From assembly GCA_965216325.1 (NCBI GenBank), contig OZ244160.1, forward strand, positions 1,184,001 to 1,248,000: a DNA stretch of 64,000 bases, written 5' to 3'. Of the stretch, positions 34,853 through 44,940 are shown piece after piece. Below the pieces are notes generated by a model. The model saw only the letters and a list, made by a program, of their open reading frames with translations. It had not been told where the DNA came from and searched no databases. This DNA is from Coraliomargarita sp. GTDB lineage: Bacteria; Verrucomicrobiota; Verrucomicrobiia; Opitutales; Coraliomargaritaceae. Positions within the stretch are counted from its first letter, which is position 1, and each line of letters starts with the position of its first letter. A program made the position numbers and the translations under genes.

Positions 34853-34958
34853 AGGGGAGACCCCCTAGTCCATGTAAACGAAGTTTAAAAACCGAACAAC
34901 CAAGCCACATCCCACTATATGCCAACAACTTGCTATTCATCTACGTGATTTTACGTAG
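34853..34958. promoter_or_regulatory. Palindromic candidate regulator boxes in the divergent promoter
   Basis: AGGGG-agac-CCCCT (34853-34866) and CTACGT-gatttt-ACGTAG (34941-34958). Confidence 0.45.
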
Positions 34959-35060
34959 CCTACATACGTTGTATTATTTTCTCTTTTCAGAAAATAAAAC
35001 CGCCCAATATACAAGTTAGACGCGATACCCATAGAGCCCTCAAAAAGATATTATGAGGGC

Positions 35061-35534
35061 ATGAAAACAACAGTCATTACCCTCCTCGCCCTTCTCACTG
35101 CAGTATTCACATTATCTGCAGCACCCAAGTCCTCCGCGACTTTTGAAAAAGCACTTAGCGACGCAGAATTCATCGCATCTTTCGATTCCAACTGGAGCGT
35201 GCACCGCACACAAGGCAACTCCATGGGAGACTTCTTCGGCAGCAACTCTTTAATTGTTGTCGAAAAGGCATCCATCGAAGACATCCGCACTGGTATGATG
35301 ATTGTTTACCGCTCCTCCAAGGGCGAATTGATCTCCCACAAAGTAATGAAGCACAACGGAACTTCGCTTCGCACCCAAGGCACCGCAAATTGGAGCATGG
35401 ATCCAGAGCCAGTAACAGCCGACATGATCGTGGGCACAGTATTCTGTGTCTTCCACGCTGAAAGCGCTCCAGCCGGCACAGCATACACTTCCAATGGCAC
35501 ACCGCTGCCAACTGCAATGTGCAAGTCTTTCTAA
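35061..35534 (+). CDS. Secreted S24/S26 (SipW-like) peptidase-domain protein
   Basis: Sec signal; TQGNSM (Ser), LIVVEK, ISHKV (His), TQGTAN..DP; paralogous to 34326-34778. Confidence 0.72.
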   Translation: MKTTVITLLALLTAVFTLSAAPKSSATFEKALSDAEFIASFDSNWSVHRTQGNSMGDFFGSNSLIVVEKASIEDIRTGMMIVYRSSKGELISHKVMKHNGTSLRTQGTANWSMDPEPVTADMIVGTVFCVFHAESAPAGTAYTSNGTPLPTAMCKSF

Positions 35535-35561
35535 CCCACGTTCTTTAATTTTAATGAGTTT

Positions 35562-35646
35562 CCGGATGGAATTTGTTGTTTTCCTCCGTCCGGCATAAAA
35601 GAGCCCCTTCCGCACCCTCCCCCTAGCGGGAGGGGCTTTTCTTTTT
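35562..35646 (+). terminator. Double hairpin ending in an intrinsic terminator with a C-rich loop (possible 3'UTR sRNA)
   Basis: ccggatgga/tccgtccgg stem, then agccccttccgc-accctcccccta-gcgggaggggct and a T run. Confidence 0.65.
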
Positions 35647-35663
35647 GCAGTCTACTTAACATT

Positions 35664-36395
35664 ATGACACAGCTTCTTGAAAAACCATCCCAGAGCCACG
35701 ACTCTGATTCTTCCAGCATCATTGATATGAAAAAAGTCATCGTCATTGAAGACCAGACGATCCTTAGAGACTTAATTTGCCAACTTGTTGAAGGCTATAC
35801 CGCTATGGATGTCATTGCACAGTCCGGCGACGGTGCCGAGGGCTATGAACTCTGCCTTGAGCATAACCCGGACCTGGTAATTCTCGATATCATGTTGCCG
35901 AACTTGAACGGCAGCGAAGTGCTTCGCCGCCTCAAGGCCAAGAACCCAAAGATTAACATTTTGATCTTCTCCGCTGCGGCATCCAATAGCATGGTGAATC
36001 GTCTGCTCAAGTCAGGCGTCACCGGTTACATCGAAAAGGATGCCGGCCTTGCCGAACTGGAAAAGGCAATCTCTCTTGTCGCTGACGGCCGATCTTACTT
36101 CAGCCCACGCATCGTTGAAACCATGCGCGAACTCATGATCAATGGTGGTCAAGATGACTCGCTGGACTCCCTGACAACACGTGAGCGCGAGATCGTGCAA
36201 CTAATCGCAGAAAGTTACAGCAACAAGGAAATCGCTGCGAAGTTAGGCATGAGTGTGCGCACCGCCGACACACACCGCACCAACATCATGAAAAAGCTCG
36301 ATCTGCACGACGTGGCCGCCCTTACACGCTGGGCGATCGCGAATAAGCTGGTTGACCCGATTGGTGGCGACATCAGCACTGCTGAGCAGTTTTAA
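35664..36395 (+). CDS. NarL/FixJ family response regulator (REC + LuxR HTH), orphan
   Basis: VIEDQ, LDIMLP (phospho-Asp), GYIEK, LTTREREIV..NKEIA..HRTNIMKKL; start at 35664 or 35727. Confidence 0.93.
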   Translation: MTQLLEKPSQSHDSDSSSIIDMKKVIVIEDQTILRDLICQLVEGYTAMDVIAQSGDGAEGYELCLEHNPDLVILDIMLPNLNGSEVLRRLKAKNPKINILIFSAAASNSMVNRLLKSGVTGYIEKDAGLAELEKAISLVADGRSYFSPRIVETMRELMINGGQDDSLDSLTTREREIVQLIAESYSNKEIAAKLGMSVRTADTHRTNIMKKLDLHDVAALTRWAIANKLVDPIGGDISTAEQF

Positions 36396-36452
36396 TTATT
36401 CAGCATTCTCAGGGTTGCAAAATCCAGCCAAGCTGATCCTGTCAGCTACCCT

Positions 36453-36977
36453 ATGAGTATCGCAACGAAACGCGGGGACGCAGGTGTGACGTCCCTACTC
36501 TTCGGACGTCGAGTCCCCAAGACACATCCACGCGTCGTCGCCTATGGCGGCGTTGACGAACTTGGAAGCTCGTTGGGACTTTGCCGTGCACACAGCGCGG
36601 ACGACACCACCAAGGCGCTGCTACGCGAGGTGCAGGGTGAACTAATCTATCTAATGTCCGAACTCGCAACGGATGATGGCGACCAAGCGCGCTGGCACGA
36701 AAAATATGGCGAAAACGCAATTACGAACGAGAACGTGGAGCGCTTCACCAATCTAATCAAAGAGAAGGAACAACATATTCAATTTCGTGGCTGGAGCTAC
36801 CCGGGCGAAAATCCAGCCGAGGCGTTTTTTGACCAAGCGCGCACAACCTGTCGCCGCGCAGAACGAGGAATCGTTGAACTCAAGGAAAGCGGAGTCGCCG
36901 TGCGTCCTGAGTTGCTACAATACCTAAACCGCCTGGCAGACTTACTTTGGCTACAAGGCCGTGAACATGCCGAATAG
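36453..36977 (+). CDS. pduO: ATP:cob(I)alamin adenosyltransferase, PduO type
   Basis: TKRGDAG.T, YGGVDEL, ARTTCRRAER, YLNRLAD. Confidence 0.9.
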   Translation: MSIATKRGDAGVTSLLFGRRVPKTHPRVVAYGGVDELGSSLGLCRAHSADDTTKALLREVQGELIYLMSELATDDGDQARWHEKYGENAITNENVERFTNLIKEKEQHIQFRGWSYPGENPAEAFFDQARTTCRRAERGIVELKESGVAVRPELLQYLNRLADLLWLQGREHAE

Positions 36978-37036
36978 CACACTCACTGTAAAACAACCTT
37001 TACCTCGCTGAAGGATTTTGGAAATCTGCCGAACTT

Positions 37037-38323
37037 ATGGCAGATACTTCTAACCTGAACATTTTGGTAGTCGGCTCCGGCGGACGTGAACACGCACTTG
37101 TGCAAAAGTGCCTTGCCAGCCCACTGGCGAATCGAGTCATCGCCGCACCAGGTAATGGTGGGATGGCAACCGATGTGGATTGCTACAACGTTTCAGTCGA
37201 AGACATTCCTGGAATGGTTGCACTCGCAAAGGAGCAAGCAATTGGCCTCGTCGTCGTCGGTCCTGAAATCCCCCTCAGTCTAGGGCTTGTCGATGCACTG
37301 CAAGCCGAGGGTATTCCTGCCTACGGCCCCAAAACGGACGGCGCACAACTCGAGTCCAGCAAGGCATTCTGCAAAGACTTTTTCGCACGCCACCAGATTC
37401 CGACCGCAGAATATGCGACCTTTACCGAAGTCGCGCCTGCGCTTGAGTATCTCGAACGCCACCCGGCACCCATCGTCATCAAAGCGAGCGGCCTTGCAGC
37501 CGGCAAAGGCGTCATCATGGCAGAAACACAAGAAGAGGCCGTCGAAGCAGTCAAAGGCATGCTTGAAGGCGGCGACTTCGGCGACAGCGGTAGCGAAATC
37601 GTAATCGAAGAAACACTTTACGGCGAAGAAGCCTCGATCCATGTCATCACTTCCGGCGATGACTTCGTCTGCCTACCTGCGAGCCAGGACCACAAACGTG
37701 CCGGCGAAGGTGACACCGGCTTGAATACCGGCGGCATGGGTGCTTACACACCGACCAGCAAGGTAACCCCTGAGCTGCAAAAGGAGATCGAAGAGCAAGT
37801 CATTCGCCCCACGCTGGCAGGGCTCAAAGCCGACGGCATAGACTTCCGTGGCACACTTTATGCAGGACTGATGCTCACAGATAAAGGCTGCAAAGTCCTC
37901 GAATACAATGTGCGCTTCGGCGACCCGGAAACTCAAGTGCTACTGCCGATGGTCGCAGACGACTTGGTGCCGGTGCTCCTTGCTGCAGCAAAAGGCGAAG
38001 CACTCCCTGAGCAACTGAACTTCCACGATGGCGCAGCAATTGTCGTGGTCCTAGCAGCAGGCGGCTATCCGGGTAGCTATGCAAAGGGCGAAACCATCAC
38101 CTTCCCTGCTGAGCTTCCAGAGCGCTCAGCCATCGTTCACGCAGGCACAAAGAAGCAGGATGACGGCAGCATTGTTACAGCAGGTGGCCGTGTGCTCGGT
38201 ATCAGCGGACAGGCTCCAAGCCTTCAACAGGCCGCAGAACTCGCATACCGCGTTTGCGATCAAGTCAACTTCGACTCAAAATACCTACGTCGCGACATCG
38301 GTCATCGCGAACTCAATCGCTAA
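37037..38323 (+). CDS. purD: Phosphoribosylamine-glycine ligase
   Basis: GSGGREHAL, GLAAGKGV, QDHKR, NTGGMGAY, EYNVRFGDPE. Confidence 0.97.
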   Translation: MADTSNLNILVVGSGGREHALVQKCLASPLANRVIAAPGNGGMATDVDCYNVSVEDIPGMVALAKEQAIGLVVVGPEIPLSLGLVDALQAEGIPAYGPKTDGAQLESSKAFCKDFFARHQIPTAEYATFTEVAPALEYLERHPAPIVIKASGLAAGKGVIMAETQEEAVEAVKGMLEGGDFGDSGSEIVIEETLYGEEASIHVITSGDDFVCLPASQDHKRAGEGDTGLNTGGMGAYTPTSKVTPELQKEIEEQVIRPTLAGLKADGIDFRGTLYAGLMLTDKGCKVLEYNVRFGDPETQVLLPMVADDLVPVLLAAAKGEALPEQLNFHDGAAIVVVLAAGGYPGSYAKGETITFPAELPERSAIVHAGTKKQDDGSIVTAGGRVLGISGQAPSLQQAAELAYRVCDQVNFDSKYLRRDIGHRELNR

Positions 38324-38334
38324 ACTTCCAACAA

Positions 38335-39216
38335 GTGCACACCGTCAAACTCATCGCCGCATTGCTAGTGGCTGGCAGCCAAGTGGCAGCGGCAACACAT
38401 GAGCTGGATTCAGACTTATTTGACGGCATTGCATCCCATAGCGATGCGAGCGTGCGCCTGCATGGTCTCGCTGCGCTCTACCCCGGCCGGGTGCTCTTCC
38501 AAGAGCCCAGCTTCTCGGTCAACGAAGAGCGCAGCGATGCATTCTCGATTGAGACGATCCGCACCGACATCACTTATATTCGTGTGTATCGCCTAGAGGA
38601 CGCGCTCGAAAGCATCCAAGCGCATTTGAGCGCCACATCGTTGATACTCGACCTACGCTACACGCAGTCTGAGGCACTCGCAGGCGAACTGTCACTGGCT
38701 TTAGATCGAGCAAAGTCGCACAATCAATTGACCGCTCGCGGTATACTTCCGGACCCAATAATCAAGCAACTCGCAGTCGATTACGACGCCGTAGAGCCCG
38801 TGCGCGATTCCGCGATTGTGGTGCTCTGTAATCAAAAGACCGCTGGCCCGTTCGAAGCCCTGCTCCACAACCTGCAGGCCTCCGGTGCAATTATTGCCGT
38901 GGGCGAATCCACCGCAGGTCGGACCGGCTACTACAAAGAAGTCGAGGGCCCCGCATGGTTGCTCGATGGCGAGATACGAGCAGACGGCCAGACCTCGCTA
39001 GTTGGCACCGGCTTCGTCCCGCGAATTTCGGTAACACTCAGCCCTCAACAACATTACACCGCATACCATTGGTATGAGGCCGGCAGCTCCTTGGATCAAA
39101 TCCTCAACGGCATACCAGACGAGGATGGCAATGATACGTCACCCAAAACGATCGATCCCGTCCTCGAACGTGGCGTCGAGATTGTTGCCGCTTTACAAAT
39201 CCTTCAGGTGAACTAA
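38335..39216 (+). CDS. S41/tail-specific protease-like protein, probably inactive
   Basis: LILDLRY, VVLCNQKTAGPFE, VGESTAG, G.GFVP, DPVLERG follow the S41 motif order; start uncertain (GTG 38335). Confidence 0.6.
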   Translation: MHTVKLIAALLVAGSQVAAATHELDSDLFDGIASHSDASVRLHGLAALYPGRVLFQEPSFSVNEERSDAFSIETIRTDITYIRVYRLEDALESIQAHLSATSLILDLRYTQSEALAGELSLALDRAKSHNQLTARGILPDPIIKQLAVDYDAVEPVRDSAIVVLCNQKTAGPFEALLHNLQASGAIIAVGESTAGRTGYYKEVEGPAWLLDGEIRADGQTSLVGTGFVPRISVTLSPQQHYTAYHWYEAGSSLDQILNGIPDEDGNDTSPKTIDPVLERGVEIVAALQILQVN

Positions 39217-39230
39217 CTTTGTGCTCTCGC

Positions 39231-39710
39231 ATGTCTACCAAACGTGACCTTATTCTAACAATCTGCACGGGCAACGTCTGTCGCAGCCCTATGGCTGAGA
39301 AGCTTCTGCAACACGCCTTGGCCGCCGAAGGCGAGCCGCTGAGCGAATTATCGGTCGCATCCGCAGGAGTTGCGGCCGGCTACGGGGATGCCGCCTCCGC
39401 AAACTCGGTACGCGCGCTCAAAAAGGTCGACCTCGACTTGAGCCACCACAAGAGCCAACCACTTACAGATGCACTTCTGGAGCGTGCATTTGCGATCTTC
39501 GGTATGACCGATTCGCACCTGCAAATCATCAGTTACTATCATCCGAAATTTGAAGGACGCATGCACCTCTTTCGTGAGTTCATCGAAAATGCCGACACCG
39601 AAATCCCCGATCCCTTTGGGCAAAGTCTTCCTGCCTATCAAGATTGCTTGGACTCGATGGTCGAAGCGATACCATCGCTCGTTGCGTATTTGAAGCGCGA
39701 ATACAAATAG
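39231..39710 (+). CDS. Low molecular weight protein Tyr/Arg phosphatase
   Basis: CTGNVCRSPMAE, IPDPFG. Confidence 0.92.
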   Translation: MSTKRDLILTICTGNVCRSPMAEKLLQHALAAEGEPLSELSVASAGVAAGYGDAASANSVRALKKVDLDLSHHKSQPLTDALLERAFAIFGMTDSHLQIISYYHPKFEGRMHLFREFIENADTEIPDPFGQSLPAYQDCLDSMVEAIPSLVAYLKREYK

Positions 39711-39790
39711 CTACATATTTTAGGGATCGTTATCCTTAACGATCCGCCAGCAGCACCGCGGTTCGATATGAATATCGAACCCTACCAACA

Positions 39791-39822
39791 CAAAGAGCCC
39801 AGCCGATTGGCTGGGCTCTTTG
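39791..39822. terminator. Bidirectional terminator
   Basis: caaagagcccagcc-gatt-ggctgggctctttg between convergent genes. Confidence 0.8.
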
Positions 39823-39854
39823 TTGATACAAAACTGAATTTCAAGTCAGCTCGC

Positions 39855-41543
39855 CTACTTCGCTACCATCTCCTCGCGAGCGGTTTCGTAAGCCTGCATG
39901 GCGCATTTCGAACATGCATCACGAACATCGGCAAAGAAGTCATTCCCCTTGTCATCGACTAGGATGTAAGCCGGGAAGTCCTCAACCTCGATCTTCCAGA
40001 TCGCTTCCATGCCGAGTTCGGGATATTCGAGCACCTCTACCTTCTTGATGTTATGCTCTGCGAGCAACGCAGCTGGTCCACCAATCGAGCCCAGATAGAA
40101 GCCACCGAACTCCTTACAGGCATCGGTCACTTGCTGCGAGCGATTGCCCTTAGCCAGCATGATCATGGAGCCGCCTTCGGCTTGAAACGGTTGCACATAG
40201 GAATCCATGCGCCCCGCGGTCGTCGGACCAAATGAACCAGACGGCTTGCCTGCTGGTGTTTTCGCAGGGCCAGCATAATATACTGGGTGATTCTTCAAAT
40301 AGCCAGGCATGCCTTCACCCTTATCCAAGCGCTCTTTGATCTTCGCATGCGCAATATCACGAGCCACCACAATCGTCCCAGTCAATGACAGCGGCGTAGC
40401 CACCGGATACTGCGTAAGCTCAGCCAGCACATCCGCCATCGGACGATTCAAATCAATCCTAACGGCCTCCTTGGGTTTCGAGATTTCAGCGCTGTCGGGG
40501 ATGAAACGTCCCGGATTTTCCTCCAGCTGCTCCAGCCATACGCCATCCTTATCGATGCGAGCGCGGGCATTGCGGTCCGCCGAACAAGAGACACCAATCC
40601 CAACCGGGCAGGACGCACCATGGCGTGGCAGGCGAATGACACGAATATCAAGCGCGAAGTATTTACCGCCAAACTGCGCGCCATAGCCCATCTTGCGAGT
40701 GTAGTTGAGCAACTTCTCCTCCAACGCAGTGTCGCGGAATGCCTGGCCGTGCTCATTGCCCTCAGTAGGCAACTCGTCGTAATACTTGGTCGACGCCAGC
40801 TTCACGGTTTTCATCGTGGTTTCTGCCGAGGTGCCGCCAATCACGATCGCGATGTGATACGGTGGGCAAGCAGAAGTTCCCAGTGTGCCCATCTTCTCGA
40901 TACAGAACTTCTCAAGACTTGCAGGATTCAACAGCGCCTTCGTCTCCTGAAAGAGGAAGGTCTTGTTCGCGGAACCACCGCCCTTGGCAACAAAGAGAAA
41001 GTCGTAAGAGTCACTGTCCGTTGCAAGAATATCGATCTGGGCCGGAAGATTGCAGCCGGTATTTTTCTCCTCGTACATGGAGAGTGGCACTGTTTGCGAG
41101 TAGCGCAGATTCTCCTGAGTATAGGTGTTATAAACCCCCTCAGACAGCGCGGACTCATCGCCACCGCCAGTCCAGACCTTTTGCCCCCTCTTACCAAGGA
41201 TGATGGCAGTGCCGGTATCCTGACAGAATGGTAACACACCATGCGCCGCCACTTCTGCGTTCTTAAGCATTGTCAGTGCAATTGTGCGGTCGTTTTCGGT
41301 GGCCTCTGGATCATCCAGAATCGCCGCCACCTTTTCCAGGTGCTCCGTGCGAAGTTTGAAGGAGATTTCCTTCATGGCAGTCTGTGCCAGATAAGTCAGT
41401 GCCTTGGGATCAACCTTCAAAACCGACTCCCCCTGAAAGTCGACAGTCTCGACAAACTCGTTTGTCAGCAGACGATAGTTGGTCTTGTCCTGACCGACCG
41501 GAAATTGCTTTTGATAGTGAAATGGTGGCGGTGGTTTAGCCAT
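39855..41543 (-). CDS. fumA: Class I (Fe-S) fumarate hydratase
   Basis: [35 protein letters not shown]. Confidence 0.95.
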   Translation of the reverse strand: MAKPPPPFHYQKQFPVGQDKTNYRLLTNEFVETVDFQGESVLKVDPKALTYLAQTAMKEISFKLRTEHLEKVAAILDDPEATENDRTIALTMLKNAEVAAHGVLPFCQDTGTAIILGKRGQKVWTGGGDESALSEGVYNTYTQENLRYSQTVPLSMYEEKNTGCNLPAQIDILATDSDSYDFLFVAKGGGSANKTFLFQETKALLNPASLEKFCIEKMGTLGTSACPPYHIAIVIGGTSAETTMKTVKLASTKYYDELPTEGNEHGQAFRDTALEEKLLNYTRKMGYGAQFGGKYFALDIRVIRLPRHGASCPVGIGVSCSADRNARARIDKDGVWLEQLEENPGRFIPDSAEISKPKEAVRIDLNRPMADVLAELTQYPVATPLSLTGTIVVARDIAHAKIKERLDKGEGMPGYLKNHPVYYAGPAKTPAGKPSGSFGPTTAGRMDSYVQPFQAEGGSMIMLAKGNRSQQVTDACKEFGGFYLGSIGGPAALLAEHNIKKVEVLEYPELGMEAIWKIEVEDFPAYILVDDKGNDFFADVRDACSKCAMQAYETAREEMVAK

Positions 41544-41643
41544 AATGTGTTCAATTTAAGTGAGAAGGCACAAAATTAGCAGGGCTGCTATAAAATTCAA
41601 CAAGCAAAAGCCCTGCTAATCAAAAAGCCGACTGGAAGCGTCC

Positions 41644-41961
41644 TCAATTAAAGGATCGGCCACAGCCGCAGGTGCTGGTCGCATTGGGGTTACGGATCTC
41701 GAAGCCCTTGCCGGAAAGTCCGTCATCAAAGTCAACGACACTCCCGTCCAAGTAATCCAAACTCGTCGCATCCACCAAAAAGGGCACGCCGTTGTGCTCT
41801 AATTCAGAATCACCGTCCTTCACCTCGTCAAAGGACATGCCATACTCGAATCCCGAACAACCGCCCGGTTCCACGAAAATTCGTAGCTTTTGGCCGTCTT
41901 CCGCCTTGTCGGCCTGCATTTTTAGTATCTGTGCTGCTGCACTATCAGTCAATGTGATCAT
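41644..41961 (-). CDS. A-type Fe-S carrier (HesB/IscA/ErpA family)
   Basis: GGCSGFEY, NPNATSTCGCGRSF. Confidence 0.94.
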   Translation of the reverse strand: MITLTDSAAAQILKMQADKAEDGQKLRIFVEPGGCSGFEYGMSFDEVKDGDSELEHNGVPFLVDATSLDYLDGSVVDFDDGLSGKGFEIRNPNATSTCGCGRSFN

Positions 41962-42083
41962 AGTCACAAGCAAAGCTCAAAGACGCTGCCTGTCAACTAG
42001 CACAAATCTGATTCACAGATATGAAGCATTTTTCATGCACATTTAACTCTAATCTGCTTGCACATGCATTTTTCTAATCTTCA

Positions 42084-43085
42084 ATGCAATCAATGGCACA
42101 CATGAAACATATCTTTGGCGAACTCCACTGCGAGATCACACGCTCCATTGCAGAAGGTGGCATGGGTGTCGTCTATGAAGCTGAACAACACGGCAGCGGT
42201 CAGTTCCGCAAACGTATCGCCATCAAACTGATTCGCGAGGAATACTCCAAGATTGATGAGTTTCGCAACAATTTCATTGGCGAAGCCAAGCTCGTTGCTG
42301 ACCTGATTCACACAAACATCGTCCAGACCTACCATCTTGGCGAGATCAGCGGCCAGTACTACATGACCATGGAGTATGTGGATGGGATTAACCTTGAGGA
42401 ATTTATCGAGCGCCACAAGCAGACCAATCAACAGATCCCAACCGACCTCGCCGCATTCATCGTATCACGCGTCTGTCGCGGTCTCGCTTACGCACACCAA
42501 AAGACCGACCGTGAAGATCGTCCACTGGTTATCGTTCACCGTGATGTGAATCCACGCAACATTATGCTCGCACGAGAAGGAGACGTCAAACTCACCGACT
42601 TCGGCATCGCGAAGGCCTTTGATCTGATGTATAACAAGGAAGGCGAAGTCATTGCCGGCAAAGACGAATACCTGTCCCCGGAGCAAGCCCGTCGCGAAGT
42701 GACCGATGCACGCGCCGACCTTTTCAGCTGTGCAATCGTGCTCTCCGAACTTCTGCTTTGTGATAATATTTTCGAAGCCAACACAGGCGAGAAGACACGC
42801 GAAAACATTCTCGAAATGAAGATTCCTGACTTCACAGACATGCGGCCCGAAATCGACTCACGCCTGGACCTCATCTTACAGCAAGGCTTCCAGCGTGAGC
42901 GTGGCAAACGCTACCAAAGTGCCGGTCAAATGCTGACCGCCCTCGAACAATTTCTCTATGGCGATGGCTACGGTCCGACCAATGAGAAACTCGCCCTTTA
43001 TATGGCTGACCTGTTCAGCCCAGACGGAACTCAGGCCGCCGCCCGCTGGTCCAGCAAACAAACACCCGGCCTGAACGACGAATAG
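42084..43085 (+). CDS. Cytoplasmic Hanks-type Ser/Thr protein kinase
   Basis: [27 protein letters not shown]; no TM or sensor domain. Confidence 0.92.
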   Translation: MQSMAHMKHIFGELHCEITRSIAEGGMGVVYEAEQHGSGQFRKRIAIKLIREEYSKIDEFRNNFIGEAKLVADLIHTNIVQTYHLGEISGQYYMTMEYVDGINLEEFIERHKQTNQQIPTDLAAFIVSRVCRGLAYAHQKTDREDRPLVIVHRDVNPRNIMLAREGDVKLTDFGIAKAFDLMYNKEGEVIAGKDEYLSPEQARREVTDARADLFSCAIVLSELLLCDNIFEANTGEKTRENILEMKIPDFTDMRPEIDSRLDLILQQGFQRERGKRYQSAGQMLTALEQFLYGDGYGPTNEKLALYMADLFSPDGTQAAARWSSKQTPGLNDE

Positions 43086-43129
43086 TCCTTTTCAAATAAC
43101 GCTTCACATCGCGCCTAGCGCGGCCTCCT

Positions 43130-44581
43130 ATGTGCGCACAAGAATTCCAACAGTCACAGCGGCAAACCCAAACACTTACACTCGCGCCGCAGCTTCGCAA
43201 CTCGCTGAAAATCCTCCAAGCGCCAGCGGTTGAGTTGCGCACATCCATCCTCGAAGAACTTCAAGCCAACCCACTACTTGAGGAGCTGCCTATTGACAGC
43301 ATCAGTGTGGAAGAAACTATCCAGACGCCTGACGAGGACAGTCAGCCCGAGAGCAGCGAAGAACTCGATTTCAACGAAGACGACTACAGCGCCCTCGAAC
43401 GCATGAGCGAAGACATGCGCGAAGAATACGCTCAAGAAAACACCGGCCAGAGCTACACGAGTGAAGACCAAGAGCGGCGCGACCACTTCATGAACTCGCT
43501 GACTACCGACAAATCGCTCCAGCAGCATTTGATCGAACAGGCCGAACTCAGCGACTGTAATGAAAAAGAGCGCGAAGGCCTACTCTACCTGATTGGCAGC
43601 CTTGACGATCATGGCTTCCTCACCGAAACGATCTCCAATATCGCGCTGACCAGTCGCATTCCCTATGGCAGCGTTCAAAAAGCCGCCGAGATCCTCAAGA
43701 CCTTTGACCCGCCCGGGATCGGAGCGACCGACATGCAGGACTGCCTTGCCACTCAGTTGGAGCTCAAGGGGCGCGGCAACTCTATTGCGACACGCATTTT
43801 ACGTGAGCACTTTCAGTTGCTCGTCCGTCGCCGCATTCCAGAACTCAGCCGCAAGATTGGTGCGGCGACCGACGACATTCAGGATGCTATTGCTGAGATT
43901 GGCACCTTGGACCCTGCCCCCGGTAAACGCTTTAGCGCAGATAGCAACACAGTGGTCGATCCTGACGTGAGCGTCTACAAGGACGAATACGACCAGTGGC
44001 AAGTCGTGCTCAACAACGACTACATCCCTCGCCTACGTATTAGCAGCGTCTATAAGGAAATGCTCGCTAAGGGCAGCCTCTCTAACAAAGAGAAAGAATT
44101 CATGCTGGAACGCATGCGTTCGGGAAAATTCCTGATTAGCTCCATTGAACAGCGCCAGCAAACCATCGAGCGTATCACACGCGAGTTACTCAAATACCAA
44201 GGTGACTTCTTCGAAGAAGGCGTCTCCAAACTGCGCCCACTCACCATGAATGCCATCGCACAGTCCGTTGGCGTCCACGAGACCACGGTCAGTCGTGCAA
44301 TTGCCAACAAATACATTCGCACGCCGCATGGCGTCTTCGCGTTCAAATACTTTTTCACCCCCGGCTACACCTCGTCCAGTGGCGAAGCCATGTCCAACAA
44401 AACAGTGAAGGACATGATCAGCCACATCATCGAAGATGAAAACCCGGCCAAACCACTCAGCGACCAGGGCATCGCCAATCTACTCAAAGAAAAAGACATC
44501 AAAATCGCCCGTCGCACAGTCGCCAAATACCGCGAGGAACTGGGCATTCTGCCAACCAATCTTCGCCGTCGTTACGACTGA
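43130..44581 (+). CDS. rpoN: RNA polymerase sigma-54 factor
   Basis: Gln-rich region I, HETTVSRA, RpoN box ARRTVAKYR. Confidence 0.97.
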   Translation: MCAQEFQQSQRQTQTLTLAPQLRNSLKILQAPAVELRTSILEELQANPLLEELPIDSISVEETIQTPDEDSQPESSEELDFNEDDYSALERMSEDMREEYAQENTGQSYTSEDQERRDHFMNSLTTDKSLQQHLIEQAELSDCNEKEREGLLYLIGSLDDHGFLTETISNIALTSRIPYGSVQKAAEILKTFDPPGIGATDMQDCLATQLELKGRGNSIATRILREHFQLLVRRRIPELSRKIGAATDDIQDAIAEIGTLDPAPGKRFSADSNTVVDPDVSVYKDEYDQWQVVLNNDYIPRLRISSVYKEMLAKGSLSNKEKEFMLERMRSGKFLISSIEQRQQTIERITRELLKYQGDFFEEGVSKLRPLTMNAIAQSVGVHETTVSRAIANKYIRTPHGVFAFKYFFTPGYTSSSGEAMSNKTVKDMISHIIEDENPAKPLSDQGIANLLKEKDIKIARRTVAKYREELGILPTNLRRRYD

Positions 44582-44940
44582 CAAGTGACAAAGCAAGGCA
44601 ACGATCGCATGCAGCATGAGCCACATTCCTGAATCAGCCCCCACCAAAACATTTCCAAAACTAGCCGCTTCGAGGCACCGTAACTAGCGCGCCTACAGCC
44701 ACCATAGCGCGCACGTAAGAACAACTGCTCCAGCCATGAAGGCAACCAGAGAGCCAAGGCGAAGTAAGGGCGTCTTAATCGCGAGATAGACTCGGACAGA
44801 TTAGGAGATGATCAAGAATCCCGCAAAGTCAGTTCCCAAGCAGACAAGGACGCCTGGCACCCCACAATTCGCTTACTGCCAACCAAAAGTTATTGTCGAA
44901 CAACACTCTCCGCGAGAGCGCCCGCCCCGCCCGCGCTCGC

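Noticed and set aside
44582..44940. 360-bp gap between rpoN and purF as ncRNA or gene
   Set aside because: Only short, stop-interrupted hydrophobic frames and no convincing structure; at most a decayed gene.
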